Source: an uncultured bacterium (GTDB taxonomy: Bacteria; Verrucomicrobiota; Kiritimatiellia; PWTM01). From it: 64,000 bases of DNA. Made by a program: the position numbers and the translations under genes. The DNA is taken from positions 77,346 through 141,345 of the forward strand of contig CAKZPT010000090.1 in assembly GCA_937139365.1 (NCBI GenBank), given 5' to 3'. Below the pieces are notes generated by a model. That model was not told where the DNA came from, did no database searches, and saw only the letters and a list, made by a program, of their open reading frames with translations. Positions 42,406 to 51,250 of this stretch are shown in pieces; position 1 is the first letter of the stretch; every line of letters starts with the position of its first letter.

Positions 42406-42840
42406 TCAGAGCCGAACGGTGCACGGCTCGGGTTTCTGCGCCGCATGCGGGTGTTCCGCCCCGGGGTACACCTTCAACCGGCGCATCAGCACCGCCCGCG
42501 TGTGGTTGTCGGGCAGCATGCCGCGGACCGCATGGCGCAGAATGTGGCAAGGGTTCCTGCGGCGGACGACGGACGCGAGGGTCTGCTTCAGTCCGCCGGG
42601 ATATCCGCTGTAGCGCTTGTACAGCTTCTGCGTCTCCTTGCGGCCGGTCAGCTTCACCTTCGCCGCGTTGACGACGACGACCATCGCTCCGGTGTTGATG
42701 TGCGGCGTATAATCCGAACGATCTTTCCCGCGCAACATGTTCGCGATCGCCACCGCCAGCCGCCCCGCCGGCAAGCCGTCGGCATCGATCAACTTCCATG
42801 CGTGCGTCACCTTTGACGCATCGGGCAACGTGGTCTTCAT
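42406..42840 (-). CDS. rplM: 50S ribosomal protein L13
   Basis: [25 protein letters not shown]...YTPHINTG...GYPGGLK. It starts at MKTTLPD. Confidence 0.85.
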   Translation of the reverse strand: MKTTLPDASKVTHAWKLIDADGLPAGRLAVAIANMLRGKDRSDYTPHINTGAMVVVVNAAKVKLTGRKETQKLYKRYSGYPGGLKQTLASVVRRRNPCHILRHAVRGMLPDNHTRAVLMRRLKVYPGAEHPHAAQKPEPCTVRL

Positions 42841-43008
42841 TCGCGTTCCTTCACCGGGGCACGAAATCAATAGCGTACCCGCCCGCTCGCTCGATGTCAA
42901 CGCGGCATCCCGCCGCGTGCGGCTTGGCGCCCACCACTTCCAAACGTTGGGCGCTCGCCGGCCTCCGCCCTCCCAGGTCCGCCTCGGGAAACGTAGCCGG
43001 CCCCGGGC

Positions 43009-45462
43009 CTACTCCAGGCCGCGTTCGTAATTCCCGATCTGACGGACTGCCGGCGCGCGACCAGCGCGGGTGTCAAACCAGAGTCGGCGCACCGTGCCCG
43101 GGGTATAGTCGCGCCACGCCAGGCTCACGCGAAACCGGCGCGCCCCGGCTGCGCGCAACTCGCCTAGCCGGTCGGCCCAGCACAACGGCGGACCGAAGGT
43201 CACTGAGCGACCGCGATCGCAGACCTGCTCGACTTCGCCCGCGGGGCCTCGCAGACGCCGCCGGCATTCGCGGGCACACCGGCCGGGACGGCCGCGCCGA
43301 CCGCCGCAAGCCGCCATCTCGGCAATCCACATCGGCACATCCGCGTAGACCGGCACCTCGGTGCGATCGCCGAAGATTTCCACCAGCGCCAAAAGGTTGT
43401 CGCGGCCGTCCTCCGGGGAGAGGACCACCGACCCCAGCCCCCACGTCAGCCACTGGCGCACCGCCGCGCGATTGAGCGCGTAGAGGGGCCAGTCGCCGAC
43501 AACGTCGGCGCCGGACGGCAGCCACCTCCAGCCGTACGGGTTGCCGATCTCCCACCGTGACCAGCCCGCGGCGATCAGCCGGTTTACCGCAGGCCGCAGT
43601 CCCGGGGATTCCCACGCGCGGACAATCCACGGGAGCGCAAGACGGACCCGTCCCAGGCCAAAGCGCCGGACCAGCCGATCGGTCCCCTCCTCGATCGTGC
43701 GGCCCGGCCCCCCTCGGATTTCCCAGATCACCTCGTCCTCTGGGCCGAGGTCGTCCGGCGCCAGCTCCTCCAGCCACTCCAGCCGCGTCGTTTTCAGGCG
43801 CCACCGCTCGGCCGCGGCTTCGCTTCGGAGGGCAGGAGGGACCTCCGCCGACGCCATGCGTTCCACGCGGCGCGCCAGGTCCGCCTCGAGCGCCCGGGCG
43901 GCCATGTCCCCCAGCCGCCGCCGCAACTCGTTGAACGACGACGTGGAGACAAACAGGCCGGCGGGATTGCACACCTCCAGCGCCGCCAGGGACCAGGGGG
44001 CGGCGGCGTCCTTGCCAAACGCGCGGCGGGCGGCCGCCTCCGTACCGCCGGTGTTACGTTCAGGATCGCGGCCGGCGGCGACCGACGCAGCCACCTCGAG
44101 CGGCGGCCGCCCACCGCTCCGCTCAAGGGCCACAGCGCCCTTGACCTCTCCCGGCCCGATCTCCACTTGGATGCGCGCCGAGGGTCTTGGCGGGGTGGCG
44201 ACGGGTCGAAACGGCGGGGTCGCTAGCCGGCGTCGAACCGCTTGCGACGCGGCCTGATACATGTTCGCCCCGACGGGCACATTCGGCGCACCGGCCGGCA
44301 GTTCGACTTCGACCACGGTCCCCGCCGGAGCTTCGAAGACAGCAGCCGCCGGCCGGCCGGCCGCGCCGACGAACATCCGCCGCACGGCAAAGCCGAACGG
44401 CCGGCCGTCGCCCGGAAGGTCGATCTGCAGGCCGTCGTGGCGTTCGATCGCACGGGCGGTCCGAAACCGGATGCGGCGGGCGTCGCGGCCGGTGATCACC
44501 TCCTCCACCCGACCCAGCGGCGCGCCACGGTGCCCGACGAAGGCCGTGTCGACCGGCTCGTCGGAGCCGGGGCCGTCGAGGTGCAAGGTTGTCCAGGGGC
44601 GGCTGAACACCGCGCGCAGGTCGTCCTCCATCTCCCGCAATTCGGCCGGGGACACGGCGCCGTCGAGGAGCTTGCGATGGAGGCGTGTCGCTGCCGCCAC
44701 ATAGAGGGGAGTCTTCATTCGCCCCTCGATTTTCAGCGCGGCCACGCCGGCGGTTCGCAGCTCGTCGAGGCGGCCGCCAAGAGCGAGGTCCTTCATCGAG
44801 AAGAGAAACCCCCCGGCACCTCCGCCGATCTCGCGGTACGATTCGCGGCAGAGGTAGGCGCACCGGCCCCGGTTGCCGCTGCGTCCGCACAGGAGGGAGG
44901 AGGCCAGACACAGGCCGCTGTAGCTGTGGCACAGCGCGCCGTGCACGAAGACCTCGACCTCGATGCCCGGCACGGACGCGCAGTCGCGGATCTCGTCCAG
45001 CGTCAGTTCACGCGCCAGCACCACGCGGTGAAAGCCCAGGTCGCGCAGCCGCTCGACGCCGTCGCGGTTGTGGGCGGCCATCTGGGTGCTTGCATGGAGA
45101 CGCAGGCCGGGCAGGTGGCGGCCGATGGCGCCCGCCATGGCGACGTCCTGGACGATCACCGCGTCCACGCCCACCTCGGCGGCGCGGACGAGCGCATCCA
45201 GCGCTTTGGTCAGTTCACGATCGAGGATCAGCGTGTTGATGACGGCATAGACACGCCTTGGCGGTTGGCGCGCGTGCGCGTCCGCGACCAGGCCGGCCAG
45301 GGCCTCCACCGTGAAGTTCTCGGCCTCGGCGCGGGCGGAAAATTGACGCAGCCCGGCGTAGACGGCGTCCGCGCCATGCGCAAAGGCGGCGACCGCCGCG
45401 TCCGGCCCGCCGGCCGGCGCGACCAGCTCGACCGGTCGGCAACAGGGCGGTCGCTCGGTCAC
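43009..45462 (-). CDS. Peptidase U32 family protein, an unusually long form (817 aa)
   Basis: The N-terminal approximately 300 aa match the U32 core (ADAVYAG...E.CHSYSG.C). The C-terminal approximately 500 aa form an extension of unclear homology. Confidence 0.7.
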   Translation of the reverse strand: MTERPPCCRPVELVAPAGGPDAAVAAFAHGADAVYAGLRQFSARAEAENFTVEALAGLVADAHARQPPRRVYAVINTLILDRELTKALDALVRAAEVGVDAVIVQDVAMAGAIGRHLPGLRLHASTQMAAHNRDGVERLRDLGFHRVVLARELTLDEIRDCASVPGIEVEVFVHGALCHSYSGLCLASSLLCGRSGNRGRCAYLCRESYREIGGGAGGFLFSMKDLALGGRLDELRTAGVAALKIEGRMKTPLYVAAATRLHRKLLDGAVSPAELREMEDDLRAVFSRPWTTLHLDGPGSDEPVDTAFVGHRGAPLGRVEEVITGRDARRIRFRTARAIERHDGLQIDLPGDGRPFGFAVRRMFVGAAGRPAAAVFEAPAGTVVEVELPAGAPNVPVGANMYQAASQAVRRRLATPPFRPVATPPRPSARIQVEIGPGEVKGAVALERSGGRPPLEVAASVAAGRDPERNTGGTEAAARRAFGKDAAAPWSLAALEVCNPAGLFVSTSSFNELRRRLGDMAARALEADLARRVERMASAEVPPALRSEAAAERWRLKTTRLEWLEELAPDDLGPEDEVIWEIRGGPGRTIEEGTDRLVRRFGLGRVRLALPWIVRAWESPGLRPAVNRLIAAGWSRWEIGNPYGWRWLPSGADVVGDWPLYALNRAAVRQWLTWGLGSVVLSPEDGRDNLLALVEIFGDRTEVPVYADVPMWIAEMAACGGRRGRPGRCARECRRRLRGPAGEVEQVCDRGRSVTFGPPLCWADRLGELRAAGARRFRVSLAWRDYTPGTVRRLWFDTRAGRAPAVRQIGNYERGLE

Positions 45463-45599
45463 GCGGGCAGTGTAGCAACAACGGCGACGACGACGAGGTC
45501 CCGGCCCGGCGGGGCCAACGGACCTTGTGATTCGCGGAAGGTCGACTGCGCCGCCGCGTAACTCGGAAGCCTTGAACGAGGTGGAAGCACCGCGGTAGG

Positions 45600-46343
45600 A
45601 TGCCGCCTGCGGGCGCGGGAGAGCCGCGCGCCGCGGCGGTCCCCGAACACCCGCCCAACCAAAACGAGGCGCCCGTGAACCACCGTTGCCCGCCCTCTCC
45701 CGACGATGTGCATGTCCCCCTTTCCGCCGTTCTGGCCGTCGCGACGTACGTCGCCGCCCAGATGCTCTCCGACATCGCGAGCCTCAAGATCGGCATCGTC
45801 TGGGGCCATGCCGTGGACATGGGCACGTTCATCTATCCGTTGACCTTCACGCTGCGGGACTTGGTTCACCGGGCGCTTGGCCGGCGCGCGGCGCGGTGGC
45901 TGATCGTCGCGGCGGGGGCGATCAACCTGTGGATGGCGGCCTACCTCCGCTGGGTGGCGGCAGTGCCTCAGGATCCGGCATGGGGCCTTGGGCGGGAATT
46001 CGCGGCAGTGCTGACGCCGGTCTGGCGCCTTGTACTGGCCTCGATCGCGGCGGAGGTCGTCAGCGAGCTGGCCGACACGGAGATGTACCACTGGTTCGTC
46101 ACTCGTGTGACACGCCGGCATGCGTGGGCGAGGGTTGTGGTCAGCAACGCGGTCTCGATCCCGATCGACAACCTCGTCTTTTGCCTCGGCGCCTTCGCCG
46201 GCGCGCTACCGGCACGCTCGATCACGGAGATTTTTCTTCTGAACCTCTACCTGAAGCTGGGCGTGACATTGGTCGGGGTGCCTCTGATCTACCTGGTGAG
46301 GAAAGACGCCGCCGTGGGACGGGGGCAGGGACGCGCAGGATAG
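45600..46343 (+). CDS. Queuosine-precursor transporter (YhhQ/DUF165 family) membrane protein
   Basis: Multi-pass membrane protein with ...IVWGHAVDMGTFIYPLTFTLRDLVH...SIPIDNLVF. The true start may be an internal GTG near 45702. Confidence 0.55.
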   Translation: MPPAGAGEPRAAAVPEHPPNQNEAPVNHRCPPSPDDVHVPLSAVLAVATYVAAQMLSDIASLKIGIVWGHAVDMGTFIYPLTFTLRDLVHRALGRRAARWLIVAAGAINLWMAAYLRWVAAVPQDPAWGLGREFAAVLTPVWRLVLASIAAEVVSELADTEMYHWFVTRVTRRHAWARVVVSNAVSIPIDNLVFCLGAFAGALPARSITEIFLLNLYLKLGVTLVGVPLIYLVRKDAAVGRGQGRAG

Positions 46344-46353
46344 GGGCGCCGGC

Positions 46354-47742
46354 TTATTCGTCCGGTCCGCCCGCCAGTTTCCGGTAGAGGGTGGTGAGGC
46401 TGATCTTCAGCGCGACGGCGGCGGCCTCCTTGTCGCCGCCCATGCGGTCGACGACCATCTGCACGTATTCGCGCTCCTTCTGGCGGAGGAACGCCTTGAG
46501 GGACCGGCCGCGGAAATCGGCGGGGGAGGAAAGCGTCTCCGACGTGGAGGCCGAGGCCTGCACGGAGGCGCCCTCGCGAACGCGCGCCGGCAGGGTGTCG
46601 AGGGTGATGGTATCGCCGTGCATGAACGTCAGCGCGTGGCGGATGGCATTCTCGAGCTCGCGGACGTTGCCGGGCCAGCGGTAGCTTTCCAGGGTCCGCT
46701 CGACGGCAGGATCGAGTTTGGGCAACGGCGCGCCCGCCGGCCGCTCGCGCTGCAGAAAATGCCGTACCAGCGGCACGATGTCCTCGCGGCGCTGACGCAG
46801 CGGAGGCAGCCAGATCGGGATCACGTTCAGGCGGTAAAAAAGGTCTTCGCGGAACCTCCCCGCCTGGATGCCCGCCTCCAGCGGCTCGTTGGTGGCCGCG
46901 ATCACCCGCACATCCACCGGTCGGGCCTCGGTGCCGCCGACCTTGCGGACGGTCTTGTCCTGCAGCACGCGGAGGAACTTGGCTTGGATGCTCAACGGCA
47001 TTGCGCCGACCTCGTCGAGGAAGATCGTCCCTCCGGAGGCGGCCTCGAACAGACCGTCCTTGTCCGCCACCGCCCCCGTGAAGGCGCCACGGACATGGCC
47101 GAACATCTCGGATTCGAGCAGGGGCTCGGGCATGGCTGCACAGTTGATCGGCACGAACGGCCGAGCGCGGCGGTGGCTCATTTCGTGGATCGCGCGGGCG
47201 ACGACCTCCTTGCCCGTGCCGCTCTCGCCGGTGATCAGCACCGTCTCGTCTGAGGGTCCGAGCCGCCGGACCATTTCACAGACCTGCCGCATCGCCGGGC
47301 TTTCGGCGATTAGTGCGGCGGGCCCGAAACGGGTCGCGATCTCGTCCCGCAGCCCCTTGTTCTCCATCAGCACCATGCGGTAGCGAAGGGCCCGCTGGAC
47401 GGTCACCAGCAGTTCGTCCATTTTGAACGGCTTGGTGCAATAATCGAACGCCCCCCCCTTCATCGCCTCCACGGCGGTCTTCACCGAGCCGTAGCCGGTC
47501 AGGAGGATCACTGGCGTGTACGGACGGACCTCGCGCGCCCGCTCCAGCAGTTGAAGACCGTCCACCGGCTCCATGCGGATGTCGGCAAGGATGAGGTCGA
47601 AGTCCTCCTGCTGGAGTACCGCAAGGGCCTTCTCGCCGTCGCCGATGGGTGTCACCTCGTGCCCGTTACGACGCAGGGTCGCCGTGAGCACGCTCAGGAC
47701 CGTCGGCTCGTCGTCCACCACAAGAAGTCGTGACATGGCCAT
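46354..47742 (-). CDS. Sigma-54-dependent Fis-family response regulator (NtrC-like enhancer-binding protein)
   Basis: Receiver domain LLVVDDE...DLILADIRM. AAA+ sigma-54 interaction domain with GESGTGKE, and the GAFTGA motif in GHVRGAFTGA. C-terminal Fis-type helix-turn-helix. The start is MSRLLVVDD or MAMS. Confidence 0.85.
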   Translation of the reverse strand: MAMSRLLVVDDEPTVLSVLTATLRRNGHEVTPIGDGEKALAVLQQEDFDLILADIRMEPVDGLQLLERAREVRPYTPVILLTGYGSVKTAVEAMKGGAFDYCTKPFKMDELLVTVQRALRYRMVLMENKGLRDEIATRFGPAALIAESPAMRQVCEMVRRLGPSDETVLITGESGTGKEVVARAIHEMSHRRARPFVPINCAAMPEPLLESEMFGHVRGAFTGAVADKDGLFEAASGGTIFLDEVGAMPLSIQAKFLRVLQDKTVRKVGGTEARPVDVRVIAATNEPLEAGIQAGRFREDLFYRLNVIPIWLPPLRQRREDIVPLVRHFLQRERPAGAPLPKLDPAVERTLESYRWPGNVRELENAIRHALTFMHGDTITLDTLPARVREGASVQASASTSETLSSPADFRGRSLKAFLRQKEREYVQMVVDRMGGDKEAAAVALKISLTTLYRKLAGGPDE

Positions 47743-47894
47743 TCCCCGTAGATTCGCAATTCGCGAATGCGGCGGCATCAGCCCCGCATTTCATATGCTA
47801 TCACTGTTATGCAGTTCTGCAAAGATTTTTTCAGCTTTGACCGGCCTCGGACCGGCGGAGCATGGCGGATCTGAAAACTGTGGCCTACGGAGAA

Positions 47895-47910
47895 CGGCAC
47901 GGTTGTTGCT
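47895..47910 (+). promoter_or_regulatory. Candidate sigma-54 (-24/-12) promoter
   Basis: cGGCACGgttgTTGCTg matches TGGCACG-N4-TTGCW with correct GG/GC spacing. It is about 90 nt upstream of the hypothetical gene at 48001. It is divergent from the enhancer-binding-protein gene. An ATTCGCGAAT palindrome (about 47772-47781) lies roughly 115 bp further upstream and is a candidate enhancer. Confidence 0.5.
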
Positions 47911-48000
47911 GTATACGCGTCGGACATGTGATCAGGTTCGCCATGGTTCCGGTCCGGGTGTATTGTGGGAAGCGCGAGGCTGAGGTCACTGTCCGTGAAG

Positions 48001-48414
48001 ATGTACGTGCCCGACGACAAAGGCCGCCAGCCGCCAGACCGCGCGCTGGATCTGGACGACGTCCAAGATCAGTCGCTCGACTCGCTGGTGGAGATGTTTT
48101 GGACGATCGAGGACGCGCTCGGGCATTATTCCAACGTCGTCCGGCTGCCCTGTCGCCTGTTCCTCGAGGACCTGCCCCAGGAGCTTCGGGGACCGAACTG
48201 GGCCGGCGGAAGTTTTCCCGAGGTGGTGATCGAGGTGGACCCTTGGGATCTCCTTTGCAAACTGAAAATGGGGCGGGTGACCTACCCCCTGGCTCGCATC
48301 ATCCACGATATCCCCCCGGGGTGGATTCAGGGGCCGCCGGACGCGGAGATCGCGCTGGCCTCAAACAAGGTGATCGCCGAGCTGCCCGAACATTTGCGCT
48401 CGGCACTCGCATGA
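48001..48414 (+). CDS. Hypothetical protein (138 aa). First gene of the putative sigma-54 operon.
   Basis: Strong GC3 codon bias. I recognise no family. Its TGA stop overlaps the next ATG (ATGA). Confidence 0.5.
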   Translation: MYVPDDKGRQPPDRALDLDDVQDQSLDSLVEMFWTIEDALGHYSNVVRLPCRLFLEDLPQELRGPNWAGGSFPEVVIEVDPWDLLCKLKMGRVTYPLARIIHDIPPGWIQGPPDAEIALASNKVIAELPEHLRSALA

Positions 48415-49105
48415 GGCCGAGGGTCGTGCGAATCCACGCCTACGTCCTGGGCGCGGCCTTGGCCGTGGCAGGGGGCCCGGCGGAGGACACGTACTTGCGC
48501 GGTACACGAAGGAGTTCGCGGCGTTTCGCGCGTACGACAAGCAGCGCCCCCCGCCGGCCGACCCGATCGTTTTCACGGGCAGCTCCAGCGTCCGGTTGTG
48601 GGCCTCGATGGAAAAGGATTTCCCGGGGCGGCCGGTCCTGAACCGGGGGTTTGGCGGTTCGACCATGCGGGACCTGCTGGCCGCCTTCGACCGCGTGATC
48701 GGAGTGTACCGCCCGGCCGTTCTCGTCGTCTACTGCGGCGAGAACGACATCGCCCTCGGACGCGATCCCATCGAAACGGCAGAGGATTACCGGATTCTGT
48801 TCGAGCGGTGCCGCCGGCTTCGGCCAGACATGCGCATCGCGGTCGTCTCCATGAAGCCGTCGCCGAGGCGCTGGGCGCCGTGGCCACAGATGCGGCGGGC
48901 CAACGAGCGCATCGCCGCGATCGGCTGGGGGTTCGGCGCGGACTTTCTGGACGTCGTTCCCCTCATGCTCACGCCGGCGGGCGAGCCGCGCGGCGAGCTA
49001 TTCCGCGAGGACCGGCTGCACCTGAATGTAGAGGGGTACCGCCTCTGGCGGGAGGTGATCGGCGCATGGCTATCCCGACCGGCGCTCCCCACTGCGGCGC
49101 CGTGA
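48411..49105 (+). CDS. SGNH/GDSL hydrolase with signal peptide, interrupted by an apparent -1 frameshift near 48500
   Basis: Frame A from ATG 48411 gives a signal peptide MRPRVVRIHAYVLGAALAVAGGPAEDTYL. The frame at -1 then continues ARYTKEFAAFRAYDKQRPPPADPIVFTGSSSV (GDS block I), followed by ...RGFGGSTM...VVYCGENDIA...REDRLHLNVEGY (block V D-x-x-H). The track ORF 48596..49105 starts downstream of the catalytic Ser. Confidence 0.55.
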
Positions 49106-49142
49106 GCCGGGATGCCCTCTGGCCGAGCGGAGCGGTCCGGCC

Positions 49143-49868
49143 GTGACGGCGGGCGGTTTCGCGGCCGCAGCAATCGCGGCCCTGTTGACGGGCATGGCCA
49201 AATGCGGCGTGCCGGGCCTCGGCATGCTATCGGTGCCGCTGATGGCCATGGCCCTCCCCGCCCGGGCCTCGGTCGGTGGCATGTTGCCGATTCTGCTGGC
49301 CGGCGACGTGCTCGCCATCGCCATGTACCGGCAGCACGCCCGATGGGACTGGATCGGGCGTCTGGCGCCGTGGGTCGCCCTAGGGCTGGCGGGGGGGGCG
49401 TGGTGGTTGTCCCACCTGTCCGATTCAGAGCTGCGACCACTGCTTGGGATTCTCGTACTGGCCATGGTGGCGCTGGATCTGGCGCGGCGCCGTCTGGACT
49501 GGCATCGTCTCGCCCACCACCCCGCGGCCGCCGCGGTCGTTGGCACCGCGGCGGGTATCGCAACGACGCTGGGCAACGCCGCCGGTCCTGTGATGAACGT
49601 CTATCTCCTCGCCCGCGGCCTGCCCCGCCATCTGTTCGTTGGCACCGCGGCGTGGTTCTTTTTTTTCGTCAACCTGACCAAGCTGCCCGTCTTCATCGGA
49701 CAGCGGATGCTCACTCCCGAGCTGGCCCGGCTGACCGCCCTCACGATGCCCCTTGTGGCACTCGGCGGCTTCGTCGGCCGCTGGCTCCTCGCGCGGCTGC
49801 CGGAGCATGTCTTTCAGCGGCTTGTGCTCGCCCTGTCTGCCCTGGCCGGCCTGCGACTGTTGATTTGA
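49143..49868 (+). CDS. TSUP family transporter (TauE/SafE sulfite-exporter-like)
   Basis: 241 aa, with a 4+4 TM repeat. Conserved glycines are in GVPGLGMLSVPLM and TTLGNAAGPVMNVYLL. Confidence 0.8.
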   Translation: MTAGGFAAAAIAALLTGMAKCGVPGLGMLSVPLMAMALPARASVGGMLPILLAGDVLAIAMYRQHARWDWIGRLAPWVALGLAGGAWWLSHLSDSELRPLLGILVLAMVALDLARRRLDWHRLAHHPAAAAVVGTAAGIATTLGNAAGPVMNVYLLARGLPRHLFVGTAAWFFFFVNLTKLPVFIGQRMLTPELARLTALTMPLVALGGFVGRWLLARLPEHVFQRLVLALSALAGLRLLI

Positions 49869-49918
49869 GGGGATGGAAGGGCGCGACAGGCGTCCGCCCA
49901 CCGGCCGGGCGCTGCGGG

Positions 49919-51207
49919 TCATCGCCTCGCCAAGGCCGCCGGTCGCGCAAGCTCCTCCGCGCGCAGTGCCCGGTCGAAGACCGCGACGCCGCCAATCCAA
50001 CCGGTGAAACCGACACTGCGTGAGCTGTGGATCACGCGCCCGATTGTGAACGGTCCTCCGCTGCCGTCGTCCGGCGGACGGTACACGCCATGCGGGTACC
50101 ACCATGGGTTCAACCGCAGCGCAACCAGGTCGCACGAAAACTCCGTCCAGCGGCCGCCCGACCCCCGGCGCAGCACAACCTCCACCTTCGTGTAGCGGTA
50201 CTCCCTCCGCTCCATCCGTTCGTCGGGCGTCTGGGCGGATCACGGAAACGCGGGCGGGCTCCTCCTCCGGGGGATTGTACCGCTGATCGGCCGGGTATGC
50301 AGGGGCCTCCCCGTCTTGCAAACCGGGACGAGCCGCATAATACCCCTGCATGTAGGCCCGATACGCGGAGAAGATCAGGCGGTCTTCCTTCGGCCGGGCC
50401 AGCCATCGTTCGCCGGCGACTCCGTCGAGCCAGCCGGTGATCTCATCCCGGTCGTCGTCGAACGTCATCGCGAAGCAATGCCATGCGGCGTCGAGCCTCT
50501 CGGGCGGGGCGTCGGCCGGCGTCTCCGGGGCGACTCCGGCCGAGTTGCACTTGTGCAGCGCGTATCGGTTGAGAAACGAGCCGGCGCCGTTGTCCGACAC
50601 GTGGCCGCAGCCGCTACCGGGCACGTTGAGGCCGGCGAACAACGCATACTGCCGCTGGCCGCGCACCGCGCGCACAATGCCCTCTGTCTTCTTCCGGCGC
50701 AGGTCCGTGCCCTCATGCCAGATGCCGGCCAGCGCGTGGTTGCCGCTCTCCCGGATCGCCCAGACGACCACCGTGAGGGACCGGCCGCTCCTCTTGATGT
50801 CCAGCGGGGTGTCGTGTAGCCGCGACCGGGGCACGAACAGGTACGGGCGAAAGGTCGGATCGTCCTCCCGGCGGATCCGGACCGCCTGGCCGAACGGCCC
50901 GCGGCCGAGCAGCGGAAAGTCATCGTCGGCGGCCTCGCCGCCCGACGCCCCAGAACTCCCGGACGTAGTTGCCCGCGTCGAGGGCGTAGTCACAGGGCGA
51001 CCCCGGCGGAACGTGAGCCGTGAAGGGGCGGGCGCCGTCGGGCTCCCGTTTCACGAAATCCCAGAACGCCACCAGCCCGGGCAGGCTCGTGACGACCGTC
51101 ACCGGCGCAGCGGGAGGTGCCGCGTTGGCCGCCAGCGCCAGCGCCGCCGCCACTCCTACCGTTGCGCACCGGGCGCGCGCCCATGCACCGTGTTCCCGCA
51201 GCCCCAT
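49919..51207 (-). pseudogene. Secreted LamG/concanavalin-like domain protein split over three frames (two +1 shifts)
   Basis: N-terminal piece 50920..51207, with a signal peptide and ...NYVREFWGVG. Middle piece in the frame of ORF 49425..50993: EAADDDFPLLGRGPFGQAVRI...DAAWHCFAMTFDDDRDEITGWLDG. C-terminal piece 49919..50215: ...GPFTIGR...FTGWIGGVAVFDRALRAEEL, a classic LamG C-terminus. The junctions lie at GGG/CCC homopolymers. Confidence 0.4.
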
Positions 51208-51250
51208 GCCTCGCCTCCGCGGACCGGTCGAAGTGATCCGCCGGGGCAGA

